NCBI RefSeq assembly: GCF_002105155.1
Contig: NW_019028979.1
Span: forward strand, 1,736,001 to 1,800,000
Direction: 5' to 3'
Length of the DNA stretch: 64,000 nt
DNA from: Lobosporangium transversale
Lineage: Eukaryota
Shown here: piece after piece, positions 26,106-38,018 of the stretch
How positions within the stretch are numbered: position 1 is the first letter of the stretch
How the letters are laid out: each line of letters opens with the position of its first letter
The notes under the pieces: model-generated
The model's input: only the letters and a program-made list of their open reading frames with translations
What the model was told of the DNA's origin: nothing
Databases searched by the model: none
Position numbers and translations under genes: made by a program

Positions 26106-28719
26106 ATGCGCGTTTCGGCCGTCGTCATCGCTGCCTCTCTGGCCGCGTCCGCCAGCGCTCAATCCGCATACTTTCCTTTTACGCCTGAAGGTCCATGTGT
26201 CGCAACATGCACTGATGTATGTGTTCATTCTTTCAATTCATATTCTCATATAGTTAGCTATGCTGCTTCTTCTCTAAACGAAAGAAAGTGATAGTCATGC
26301 TATGCCCTCTAAGCAAATATACTGATGATCCTTCTCTGCGCCAACCGTTTAATGTATTGTGTTTATTAGACCGTTGGCAAGTCTCTCTTTCCAAACTACA
26401 ACGATATTGATGAGTATGGCCCTTACTTTATCGAATCACTCTCATATACATTCGATCGCAACTCGCCCAAGACTCAAAATTTCATGACCAAGGCTGGCAT
26501 GTGCATGGGCAAGTGTCCTGAACCAGAGTTGACTCTCTACACCAACAACTACCCCATTAAGCTGGAGTGGTATAATGCTAATAAGAACAGCTCACCACCT
26601 CCTCGTCCTGTCACTACCACCACCGCCACCACAACCACCACTATTGCCCCTACTACAACGACTGCTGCACCACTTCCAACCGACATCATTTCACCCTATT
26701 TCCCTTTCCCTCCCGAGGGTCTTTGCGTTAGCGGATGCACAGTGGTGCGTATAACTTTGGTACTTTGGATCTATGATGGTATGAAATGTCTTCACAGCTA
26801 ACATCTTTTTTTATTTTTTTTATTTTTTTTATTCGTAGTCTGCTGGTCTCTCCATGTTCCCCTTCTATTCAGAGGATCCCGAGTCCCCTTACTTCATTGA
26901 ATCCCTCTCATATTCGTATGACAGCGGTACTGCCAAGACTCAGGCCTTCATGACTAAGGCTGGCATGTGCATGGGCAGATGTCCCACCCCAGAATTGGAC
27001 CGCTATACTGCGCTTTATCCAGAAAAGAAAGCTTGGTACCTTGCTAACAAGCCTGCCGTTACTACCACTACTACTACCACCACTACCACCACCACTATAA
27101 CTACCACTACTACCACTACCACTACTACTGCCGCTGCAGTAGTCACGACACAGCCCCCAACTCCCACTAATCCCACCGATCCTTACTACCCGTTCCAGCC
27201 CAATGGTCCCTGTGTCTCTACTTGCACTAACCAGGTCGGTAAGGCGATGTTCCCCAACTACTCTGAGGACCCCAAGTCACCATACTTCATCGAGTCTCTC
27301 TCCTACACTTTTGATCGTGGTTCTGCCAAGACGCAAGAGTTTATGACCAAGGCTGGTATGTGCATGGGTAAATGCCCTACACCAGAGTTGGATCTCTACA
27401 CTGCACAGTACCCCGCTCAGCTTGAGTGGTACAATAAGAACAAGAACGGTGGAGGCAACCCCACTGATCCCGGTACCACCAACCCCACCCCTACTAATCC
27501 CACCAACCCCACCAACCCCACCAACCCTACTAACCCTCCATTGAATTATCCTTTCAAGCCTAACGGACCATGTGTCTCTGCCTGCACAAACCAGGTTGGA
27601 AAGGCTATGTTCCCCAACTACTCTGAGGATCCAAAATCACCCTACTTCCTTCAATCGCTGGCCTACACTTTTGATCGCGGTTCTGCCAAGACACAAGAGT
27701 TCATGACCAAGGCTGGTATGTGCATGGGTAAATGTCCTACACCAGAGTTGGACCTCTACACTGCACAGTATCCTGCTCAGTTGGAATGGTACAATAAGAA
27801 CAAGAATGGCGGAGGCAACCCTACTGACCCCACCGACCCAACTGATCCAGTTGATCCCCCCACCAATCCTACTGATCCCAACAACCCTGGTACTAACCCA
27901 CCCATGGATTATCCATTCCAACCCAACGGACCCTGTGTTGCTGCTTGTACGAACGAGGTTGGCAAGGCCATGTTCCCGAACTATTCCGAAGATCCAAAGT
28001 CTCCTTACTTTATCCAGTCCCTTGCTCTCACTTTCGAGCGTGGCTCTCCCAAGACTCAAGAGTTCATGACCAAGGCTGGTATGTGCATGGGCAAGTGTCC
28101 TCAGCCAGAGTTGGATCTCTACACTCAGCAATACCCTGCACAGTTGGAGTGGTACAATGCCAATAAGAACGCTGGTGGCGGTGGAGATGGTGGCAGTGGT
28201 GGAGATGGTGGTAATGGTGGAGAGGGCGGTAACGGTGGTAACCCTGTTGATCCCAACAACCCTGCCTCACCCGGTACTAACCCACCCATGGATTATCCAT
28301 TCCAGCCCAACGGACCCTGTGTTGCTGCTTGTACGAACGAGGTTGGCAAGGCCATGTTCCCGAACTATTCCGAAGATCCAAAGTCTCCTTACTTTATCCA
28401 ATCCCTTGCTCTCACTTTCGAGCGTGGCTCTCCCAGCACGATAGAGTTCATGACCAAAACTGGTATGTGCATGGGCAAGTGCCCTCAAGCTGAGTTGGAT
28501 CTTTATACGAACCAGTATCCTGCTCAGTTGGAGTGGTACAACAAGAACAAGCATGTGATCGGAGGCAATGCTACTACAACAACCACTACTCCTGCCACCG
28601 CTTCTCCAACTGAACCTGCTGGAGCAAACAAAGATAACGATAGTGGTGCTAATCAGCTAGCTTTCCCGGGGCTCGCCACCATCGCCGCGCTCCTTTCTGC
28701 TGTCATGCTTATTGCCTAA
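26106..28719 (+). CDS. Secreted, probably GPI-anchored protein with six copies of an ~85-aa twin-CxxxC domain (~788 aa, 3 exons)
   Basis: Exons 26106-26216, 26370-26744, 26839-28719 (2367 nt). Signal peptide MRVSAVVIAASLAASASA. Repeat consensus YPFxPxGPCVxxCT..VGKAMFPNYSEDPKSPYFIxSLxYTFxRGSxKTQEFMTKAGMCMGKCPxPELDLYTxQYPAQLEWYNxNK. Thr-, PTN- and Gly-rich linkers; C-terminal SGA followed by a hydrophobic tail. Confidence 0.88.
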
Positions 28720-29052
28720 AGTAAAAAAAAAAAAAAAAAAAAAAAAATAGAAATAAAAAGGCCTGAAAAGCTTTAAATGTCCTTAATAGTTCCGCATTCT
28801 ATAAATTCATAATTTTAATAAAACATATATATTATATAGATATATATTATATTTGTAAGTTACTGATTACTGGTTATAAACGAACGAGAGTCCAAAGTAT
28901 GCAGAGTATCTATAATGTTTGTATCTCAAACAGAGTCTTTGGAGCAGATAAAAAAAAGGTGTAGTGACCCTTAATTTTTTTATTTTTCCTATTAGATGCT
29001 CTGTACGCCACTTTATTGAAGCCTCCTTTCATTTCTACTCCATATTTCAAAG

Positions 29053-30264
29053 ATGGCAAGTCAAAGTGGGCAGCAAAGAAAATTGAGGCATATATCCATC
29101 TATCAACCTCAATCAATCCATTCATCCATTCAGACATATCAACAATATCAAGGATATCAATAATTTCCGTGACAATATTTGCAAGGGAGCAAAGGGTCAA
29201 AGACATTAGTCAATCCGGGAAATTGAATCGTCAATGTTTTTTTATTAATTTCCCTCTTCCTTTATAACCATTGGAGCGACAGCATGAATTAGCGAAAATA
29301 CATGGAATGATGGTTTATGCCAACACAATTAATTATATATATATATATATCGACAAGCGTCCATCCTCAACGTCAGCTTTATCTTTGAACAAATATCAAG
29401 GATTTCATTCGTCATCGTCCTCAATCAAACAAATTCTCGGGAATGCAAAGTCTGGATGTTATAGAAGTCTAAAGCTAAAGAAACGATTTGAGAAAGCAGC
29501 GATTTCACCACTTTTGGGCTTTAATGACAACACATTCTCAAAATCTTTAGAAACTTCATTGTCGGGATCAAAAGCAGCTTTAAAGAACAAGAAGAAAAAA
29601 AAAAAGACATCAAGGATTCATCACGGATTTCTAACATCATCGTTATCTTTTTTTTGACTTCGAATCGAATATTGTTAGGCTAAGCGCACTAAAAAGGTCG
29701 GAGTTGTTGGTAAATACGGTGTCCGTTATGGTGCCTCCCTCCGTAAGCAGGTCAAGAAGATGGAAATCACCCAGCACAGCAAGTACACTTGCACTTTCTG
29801 TGGTCGTGTAAGTCTTTTGTTTTTCTATAAAAAAAATTCATGTTTTTTGTCATGTTTGGATCAATGGTATTTTGTAATTTACAAGGCAGGAAGATCAAAA
29901 GGAAAAAAAAAAAAAAAAAAAAAAAAAAATAGCTACAAAAGAAAATGGGACAGCAAGTGGCATGGACATGGAAAAAGGCTTGTTTTCCTACAAAATCAAC
30001 ACCAAGATACAATGAATCTGATCAATTTTCTATAAGCATTGCAGGGGGAAAGGAATAGTTCTAGGAAGTTAAGGGACGGCATATACAGGATGATTTTTAT
30101 TTTTCTCTTCCAGCAATGAACGACTTTTTTTTTTGTTTTTTATTTTTTCCAACCAAAATACAGCTCGAAGAATCATTCTTTTTCTTTTAACAGGATATAC
30201 ATAAAGACAATAGTCAATTCATCATACGAAAAAATCTATTTTCAGTCGTCACTCACTATAAGAC

Positions 30265-30296
<32 letters not shown>

Positions 30297-30468
30297 CTAT
30301 ACCAAAATATTGATGATTTAGGATGCCGTTAAGCGTCAGGCTGTAGGAATCTGGAAGTGCCGTGGATGCAAGAAGACCATGGCTGGTGGTGCTTGGACTT
30401 TGTCTACAACTGCTGCTGCCACTGTCCGCTCCACCACCCGCCGTCTTCGCGAGATCATGGAGGTTTAA
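29053..30468 (+). CDS. RPL43: 60S ribosomal protein eL43 (L37a), 92 aa, 3 exons
   Basis: Exons 29679-29807 and 30322-30468 encode [23 protein letters not shown]...[22 protein letters not shown]... The ATG-only first exon is placed at 29053-29055 (TCAAAG ATG|GCAAGT) by inference and is less certain than the rest. Confidence 0.93.
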
Positions 30469-31405
30469 ACAAAAGAGTTGTCTCCATTTCTTGTCCCCTC
30501 CCAACCATCTCGATTGCATCTGGTTCTACTTGGCATCTATTTACATTACCAGTGAGCTATGAGCAGTCATTGCAATAAAAACTCAAAAAAAAAAAAAAAA
30601 AAAAAAAATTCTGGAATATGATGAATTCGGAAGACCAACTTTGTTACATGTATATACTGCAACTGGTACTCGAGAAGCAATGAAATACTACATAATAGTT
30701 TGTTGCAGATATCCTTTTTTTTATGTTCTGAATGCGATTTGCTCAACTGGATATAAAATGTGTTTGGCAATATTGACAAGGATATCACGTCTGGGACATC
30801 TCCAAGGGAGCTGGGGTAATCAATGAAAGCTAATTTGCTGATATGAATATTTTCCCATAGACAGGTCTTATGAAGGAAGATTTAAAGACAGTATATACAA
30901 TCGTGCGAGGGCCGAGTGTGCTTCCACAGAGGATCTGTCATTTGGCAGGTATTACTTAATATCATCACTTCTTTGAGTGCACGACGACGTTGAGGTGTAG
31001 CCAAAAAAAAAAAAAAAAAAAAAAAAAAAAGATAAAGCCAATTGCCTCATATTGTCGATGATGAAGATTTCCTTTCGGACTTGAATGATTTTTTTTTTGA
31101 CAGACTTAAAGAACCTGGAAGAAAGAGAGTAATTTGGAAAAGTGGCTAGATAGGATATAATGCTCGTAAGGTAGCAGAGGGCTGGAGCAAGAGGCGGCCC
31201 ATTGTGATCAATCCAACTTTATCAGCAAAAGAGGTTATTTGCCACCAACTGGATATAACAGCCACAGCAAAGTGGCGCAGTCTAAAAAAGAAAGATGTGT
31301 GAGCATGACATTGATTTTTTTTTTTTTTCTTATTACATTATCATTCACACATTTCTCTCAAGCTTCATTTACTTCCTTTTCCCTTTTCTTAATTCTCAAA
31401 AAATC

Positions 31406-31728
31406 ATGATTGAAGTTGTTTGCAACGATCGTCTCGGCAAGAAAGTCCGTGTCAAGTGCAAGTATGTATTCATCAACACACCAGGATGCACACACACAAA
31501 CACAATTATTGTTATTGTTATTTTTAAAGTGTATTTATCCAGAACACATCATCACCATCACCAATGCTTTCACTAAAAGAAGAAATAAAAACTTGCATGC
31601 ATCACATTCAGTGGACAAAACTTGGATTCTCTTTTTCTCTCTCTCTTTTTTTTTTTTTTTTTTTTTTTTAATCTTCTTTCTTTTCTTACTAATTTCAATC
31701 CCTCCAACTTTTTTATTCCTTGAACCTG

Positions 31729-31759
<31 letters not shown>

Positions 31760-31868
31760 GCCCTGATGATACCGTAGGTGATCTCAAGAAACTAATTGCC
31801 GCTCAGACTGGAACCAACTGGGAGAAGATTATTTTGAAGAAATGGTATGTCTATGTATCTTATATTGT

Positions 31869-31913
<45 letters not shown>

Positions 31914-32054
31914 AAAAAAGAAAAAAAAAACTTCCTGCTTGCTAACATTGGTTATAATTTTGTGTAAAATAGGTATAACATTTACAAAGACCACATTACC
32001 TTGGAGGACTATGAAATTCACGACGGAATGAACATTGAATTGTACTACAATTAA
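31406..32054 (+). CDS. HUB1: Ubiquitin-like splicing modifier Hub1/UBL5, 73 aa, 3 exons
   Basis: Exons 31406-31461, 31761-31844, 31973-32054 give [37 protein letters not shown]...[29 protein letters not shown]. Confidence 0.97.
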
Positions 32055-32455
32055 GCAACTAGGAAGGAAAGAAGACTTGTTGTGAATAATGTAATAATTA
32101 AAAAAAAATACAAAATTATGAGAACAAGATATTCTTTTTCTCTTTTTATTATCTCGATTAGAGGGGATGTTTATGGATAAAGCTGTTTGTTCTGGTTTCT
32201 CTTCTTCATGATGATAAAGTACAGTGCAAGAGGGGAAGGTGGGAAAGAGATCGAAGAATGAAGAAACCAACTTTTTGATTAAAGTGGTAGGACTATTAAA
32301 ATTAAACTAAAATAGGAAAAAAAAAAAAAAAGAAAAAAAAAAAAAAAAAGATAATGACAGCAATAGTAATAGTAAAATAAATCTGAGAATAGGGATGGGG
32401 AAATTGAGACGGCAGGCATTTGACCTGATGCGATTTTTTCTTGTCGCAGCCTTTC

Positions 32456-35400
32456 TTAGTCTGTTATTTTTCCTTCGATGTAATCATTAAAGTTAAAGTT
32501 GGCTGGTGGCACTGCAAAGGGATCCTGAAGTAGCTCAGATGCGGTCGGTCGAAGATTGGCATCTGTCGTGAAGCAGCGGGCAAGGAACCTTTGACCTTCT
32601 TCCGAAATATTCTCGGGAATAGGTGGATGAGCATTGTTACTTCCAATCGTGAAGAGCGCTTGCTGAGGCGCATAGCCCTTCCATGGTTGCTGGCCTGTAA
32701 ACATCTCGAGCACTAGACATCCAAAGCTCCAGATATCTACCTTGGCTCCATATGCTTTGGATGTGACCATTTCGGGAGCCATCCTATGAAAAAAAATAAA
32801 AAATAAAAATAATAATAATAATAATTAATTACCATATCATTCATATTGATGTTGTTGAAAAAGGAAGAGTAGATGTTTACCAGAAAATGGAACCTTGAAG
32901 CGAGCCCACGTTCTCATCATATCCTCCTTGGCTCTGCGCATTTCGTTTTGAGATTCCAAAGTCTGAGATTTTGCAGACACCCTGCTCGTCTACCAATACA
33001 TTAGCGGCCTTGATGTCCTACAAAGTATAAAGAGTTTTCCCGCAGAAAAAAGCAAGAAACAAAAAGAATAATTAGTTTTTGGATCTATGTGTAAAGTGCT
33101 TGTTCAACCTTATGGGTCTTCCGAGCCTCTTCTTACTCTGTGCACAATCTTCTTGCTATGGATGTACTCAAGACCGAGTAAAATTTGTCTAGTAAAAAAC
33201 CTTATCACAGCCTCAGGGAATGGACCACTACGCTTCAGGCAAGACTCAATGGAGCCTCCAGAGACATACTCCAAAAAGATATTGGCCGTTAGCTCATTCT
33301 GTGCAAAGCCCAGGTACTGAACAATGTTTTCATGATCTAGGTCCTTTAACACCTCCATCTCAGAAAAGAGTGCCTCAACCGAAGTCTTGAGGCGATCACA
33401 ATTCCTTTCTGAAAGCGTCTGTGGTAGATCCACCTCCTTGATTGCAATCATTTCACACGTATCCAGATTAAAAGCGTGATAGACCCGCCCAAAGGATCCA
33501 CGGCCAATGAGGCCACCTTTGAGATACTGAAAGGTCTTGATAGTACCACTCTGTGGATTTTGGTATATTCCCTGCTGGGACTGGTCCATGACTTTGCCTG
33601 ACTCTACCTGTATCACCCGCTGCTGTGACTGCTGCTGTTGCTGTTGATAAAGAACTGAATTTGAGGATGAGGTGGAGATGACTTGGAGATTCTCATGGGA
33701 ATCTTCGCTCAACATCGCTTCCTGAGTCATAGGGGGTGATTCTGGGATGATGTGGTGCTCCTGAGCCGCCTCCTTGACAATATCTGCAATCGATGATCGT
33801 GTCACTACACCAGGTGAACCGGCAATTGGCGATAATTCTTCTTCATAATCATGCATACCTAAGCCAACCGATGGTCCATTTTGGTTCGTTGGCATGACTT
33901 CGGCTAATCGACTACCCCACATCTTAGTCGACTTTCTTCGCATAACTTTAGATCCAGAATATTGTCGTGAGAGTCTGTCCTTAGCCTCTTGCGCAACCAC
34001 ACGAATGGATTTCTTGTGAATGATACTACCACGGTTGTTTGTATGAACGCCAGAGCGAGGCGGCGAGTTAGACATGTGGCTAGATGACATGGTTGAGCTC
34101 GAACCCCAACCGTCAGTCATAGCTGGACTATTGTGACTCTTCAGAGCATTCGATGATCCAGAGGCTCCTAGAATCGTTTGAGCGGGAACCATAGGAGAGC
34201 TAGCATATGGCACCGGAGGATGAAGCTCAATGATTGGATGATCCAGGTCATGATCTTGAAAGAATCGGCCAAAATTCTCAAGCAAGAACTCCATAGGAGG
34301 TCGCTCGCCCCAGAAGTTTTCCGATTCGTCCTCATTATGGTGACTATTATGGTTTTCCAACATATGCATATCACTTCGTGGACCGCCCTCGGCTGATCTC
34401 GGCGCCTCCGCGGATCTTGGTGAATTGAGGTTAGAATGCGAGGAACCGTATTTGACCACAGGCTGAAGTGAGCCTCGCTTAGTAGCGCCTGCGCTTAATG
34501 GCGATGCAGGCAATCCGCTGCTGTTAAAGTTTGTTGCATAGCCCTGTGCTCCCACCATCGGCACCTCTCCAAACCCTGGATGATTCGCCCGGTTCATCTC
34601 GTAATAATTGGGACCGGGACTTGCACTATCATGACTATTGGCCATTCGAGGTGGTCGATAGCCTTGTGATCCGCCAGGTGATGCCGACCGATCATTATTT
34701 CGAACATGATGGTTTACTAGCTTGCCATCCTGGTCGGTATTGCTGCCAATGACAAGCGAAAGATTTGGATTTCTGGCGAGTACACGCTTACCACTTAGCG
34801 GAGAAGGCGAGTGATTCATATTTCCATCCACACTTGGCGAATTAGCTCCGGATTTATGTATTCTACCCATTGAAGTGTTGATGACTGGCCCAAATCGTGG
34901 TGAAGTTTTAGCACTGTTGGTTCCGACTGTAGGGAGCCAAGTCTCATCTCCTTGATTATGTGGGTTATCACCATATCGATATGTTTGCTGATAAGATCCA
35001 AAGGGCGAAGTATTGACAGAGCCGTTAGATGCTTGCAATGGATATCGGGCAGTGGTGTGAGGACGCTTCGGGTCCGGATATGGTTGATTTGGGTGAACAG
35101 AACCCCACAAGTCATCTGTAGGGTGCATGAATGCCATGTATGGGTCCTGCTGATACAGATGATGTGTTGAGTCTGTTGTCCGCTCCCGCTGATGCCCCCC
35201 AATATCTCCTTGGAAAGGTGAGTTACGGCCTTGGTTCGTAAAGAGGATGTGTTGAGGCTGTGTGCCTGGGTTTCGTTTTGGATTTAAGATATCCATGTCA
35301 GGTGGAAGAATAAGTGGTATAATGGGTGTAACCAGGAATTTGACTGTGCCCTTATTATCAGCATTTTGCACCAGATCCATCAATTCTTTTTCGCTTAAAG

Positions 35401-38018
35401 GCGGCCCTCGACTTGCAGGATCCTCCACAACTTGTATTGAAACAATTTTTTTTTTTTTTTAAAAAAAAATATACATACATCTGGAATGAATATCTGTTCC
35501 GCTAAAGTATTCGGAAATCGATGACACGCATACCAACAAATGTTGTTAACACTTACGACTTTCTAGTTCGCTCGTTTCAAAGATTCCGTACTTGTTCTTC
35601 TCTGCCAATATACGCATTTTTGAAAAAATCCTTTCTTTAAGCATAACAGCATTCTCAATGCCAGTGACATCAACATATTTAAAGCTTTCGTTGTCCAACG
35701 TGACCTGAATACTCTTTGGCTATAATCAAATAATGAAGGATACTGTTAATATACCAATTAATTAATAAAATATATTAAATCGACAATAACTTGCCTTAGG
35801 AGGGCCTGCTGGAGCAGCAGGTGTAGTGGAAGATGCTGGTTGATATTGAATGACATCTGCACTGCTATGATTGCGCTTGTGACTAGGTCTACGGCCAAAT
35901 CCAAGCGTACCCCCAACTACTGTCGCATCCGTTTTCAATTTGTTTTCTTCATATTGATGTCGTTGACCGTTCAATTGGCTGACGCTATGTGCATCTACTA
36001 GACTTTGCGTCTGAATATGAGGCACCGACGGATTATTTCTACGCTCATTCAACGATGGCCCATTTTTTGTAGGGACAGAGGGGGCGTCCTGAGGCCGGTT
36101 AAGGGGGTAATTATGTCCCCCAGGTGAGGGTGGGGAAACTGGTGACATGCCTTTGTTGGTTTGAAGGGCATTAAATCCATGAGTAATAGAATAATCTCTG
36201 GAACTACCTCTAGGAACAATTGTAGGAGGAATGTTGAGATTAGGGCGCAGCGCATTAACTGAGTAGGCAATAGAAGATTGTCGTGGCATGATGTTGGGTA
36301 TCTTGTGGCTATATTCTGTCGTTTCAATGGTGACCTGGGCAGGCAGTCGTCCGGGTAATTGCCTCAGATCGGGGTCACTCACTGGTCGCGGAGAGTTTAC
36401 AGGTCGAGTAGGCGGAGCAAAGTAGTCTGATATATTAGGGAGAGCCTCTAGCGGCTCTAGAGTATCAATAGATGATCTGTGTTGATTCATAGATGGTTGC
36501 AACACCATCGGTGTAGCGGAGGCGGACCCTGACATTTCATCCACTGGCGAGCGATACATCCTTGAATTCAATTGATAATCCTGATCAATCGAGTTGCGGT
36601 GATTGCTATTAGTCTCGGGAAGTAAAGGAAGCGCAGTGTAACTACCGTTGATAGGATTGGCGGTCGCATAAGGCGAATGCGTTGCTTGTCCCGGCGACAT
36701 GGTCACTTGGCGAGAGCCAGAACCGAGGCGATTAAGGACGGGTGAACCAGAGGCTGGTGAAGGGGTAGGGGCGTTGTTGGATCCTACTGAAGAGACAGAT
36801 GTCGCAGTCCTGGTCCCTTCCACAGCATCCTTGATCTCCATTAAGAGTTTTCTCCGTTGATAATACGAACTGGTGGGATCCAATGTCTTTAGAGTTGTAT
36901 TTGTCAGTGCTACGAATGCCTTCCCGTATATCTGATTTTCTGTGATCAACAGAAGAAAAAAAGAGAAAGAGAACACGACAGTGAGCACAAATATAATAAT
37001 CAAAAGGCGAATCTGACAAACAGATGCGACTGTGTATTACCAACAAAGAGTGGTTCCAAATATGCGTAATGTGGCCTAGCTCTGAGCCAATGCACCACTC
37101 TTTCTATAGTCCATTCTCCAGCTTCGGGCTGATACTGCTGTTGCTGCTGTTGCTGTTGCGAGTTGAGACTCAACGTACTAACGTTGGCCTAGTTTACAAT
37201 ACAACATTGTGTTTTTTTTTTTTTTTTTTTTTTTTTGGTAAAAAAAAAAAAAAAGTATTTAAAGAAATAAAGGCAAAGTCAGGTATTGGCATAGACTTGA
37301 TGAGAGAATGCTATTAGATATAACAACAAGTTTTGAGCGCTACCTGGAGATTGTTCAAGGAATAGGTACCCTCGCCATGGATCGTTGGACTTGGTGCGGA
37401 AGTAGAATTGGAATCGGATACAAACGTGATTCCTGTAGTAACTGAAGCTGAGGTTGAAATAGAGGCAGCAGCGGAGGTCGAAGCCGAAGGAACGGGAGGA
37501 TAGTAGGCAGAAGATGATGTTTGAGCTGGGTTAGGTAGAATAGGGACAGTGCTACCGAGGCCTGTGGTATTAATGGGAGGTGGAGGTGGAGGTGGTGGAG
37601 GTGGAGAAGTTCGTTGAAAGGAAGTAGGGGATGCAGGTCGGATGGGTTGAGGGTGGAGCTGTGTTTGTGCAAGAGTTGAAGGATGAGGCGGGGTGTTGAT
37701 TACATTGTGCAAAAGTTGGCGTGGGCGCGTTGAAGGTGGTGTGAAAGAGCCTTGGGGTGTAGATGGAGTGAATTGAGACGCGCCTGGGGAGGAAGCCTGA
37801 TTGGCATTGCTTTGTTGGTTATGATTTTGCTGCAGCTGACTGGCTGCTATGGTCATGTTGGAGGACGAGTCGGATAAGGCACGTTTAGAGGAGAGAAGAA
37901 AGGACAAGCGCTTTGGTGGATTGGAGGGAGAAGCAGAAGAATTAGAGGACGTAGAAGAGGAAGAGGAGGTGTCGAAGGAGGTGGGGGAATGCGAAGGATG
38001 AGCAGGAGTGCTCAGCAT
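32456..38018 (-). CDS. BCK1: MAP kinase kinase kinase, Bck1/Mkh1-like (~1,629 aa, 7 exons)
   Basis: Exons 38018-37344, 37188-37041, 36939-35795, 35719-35557, 35430-33137, 33017-32881, 32783-32456 (4890 nt). STE11-family kinase domain (GRGSFG, HRDIKAAN, DFG, GSIFWMAPE). Bck1-type motifs FWGERP..FFQDHDLDHP and RRKSTKMWG; SAM-like N-terminal segment. Orthology is inferred from motifs. Confidence 0.85.

Noticed and set aside
30618..30731. C/D box snoRNA (ATGATGA...CTGA) downstream of RPL43
   Set aside because: No terminal stem or recognisable rRNA guide; such boxes arise by chance in AT-rich DNA.
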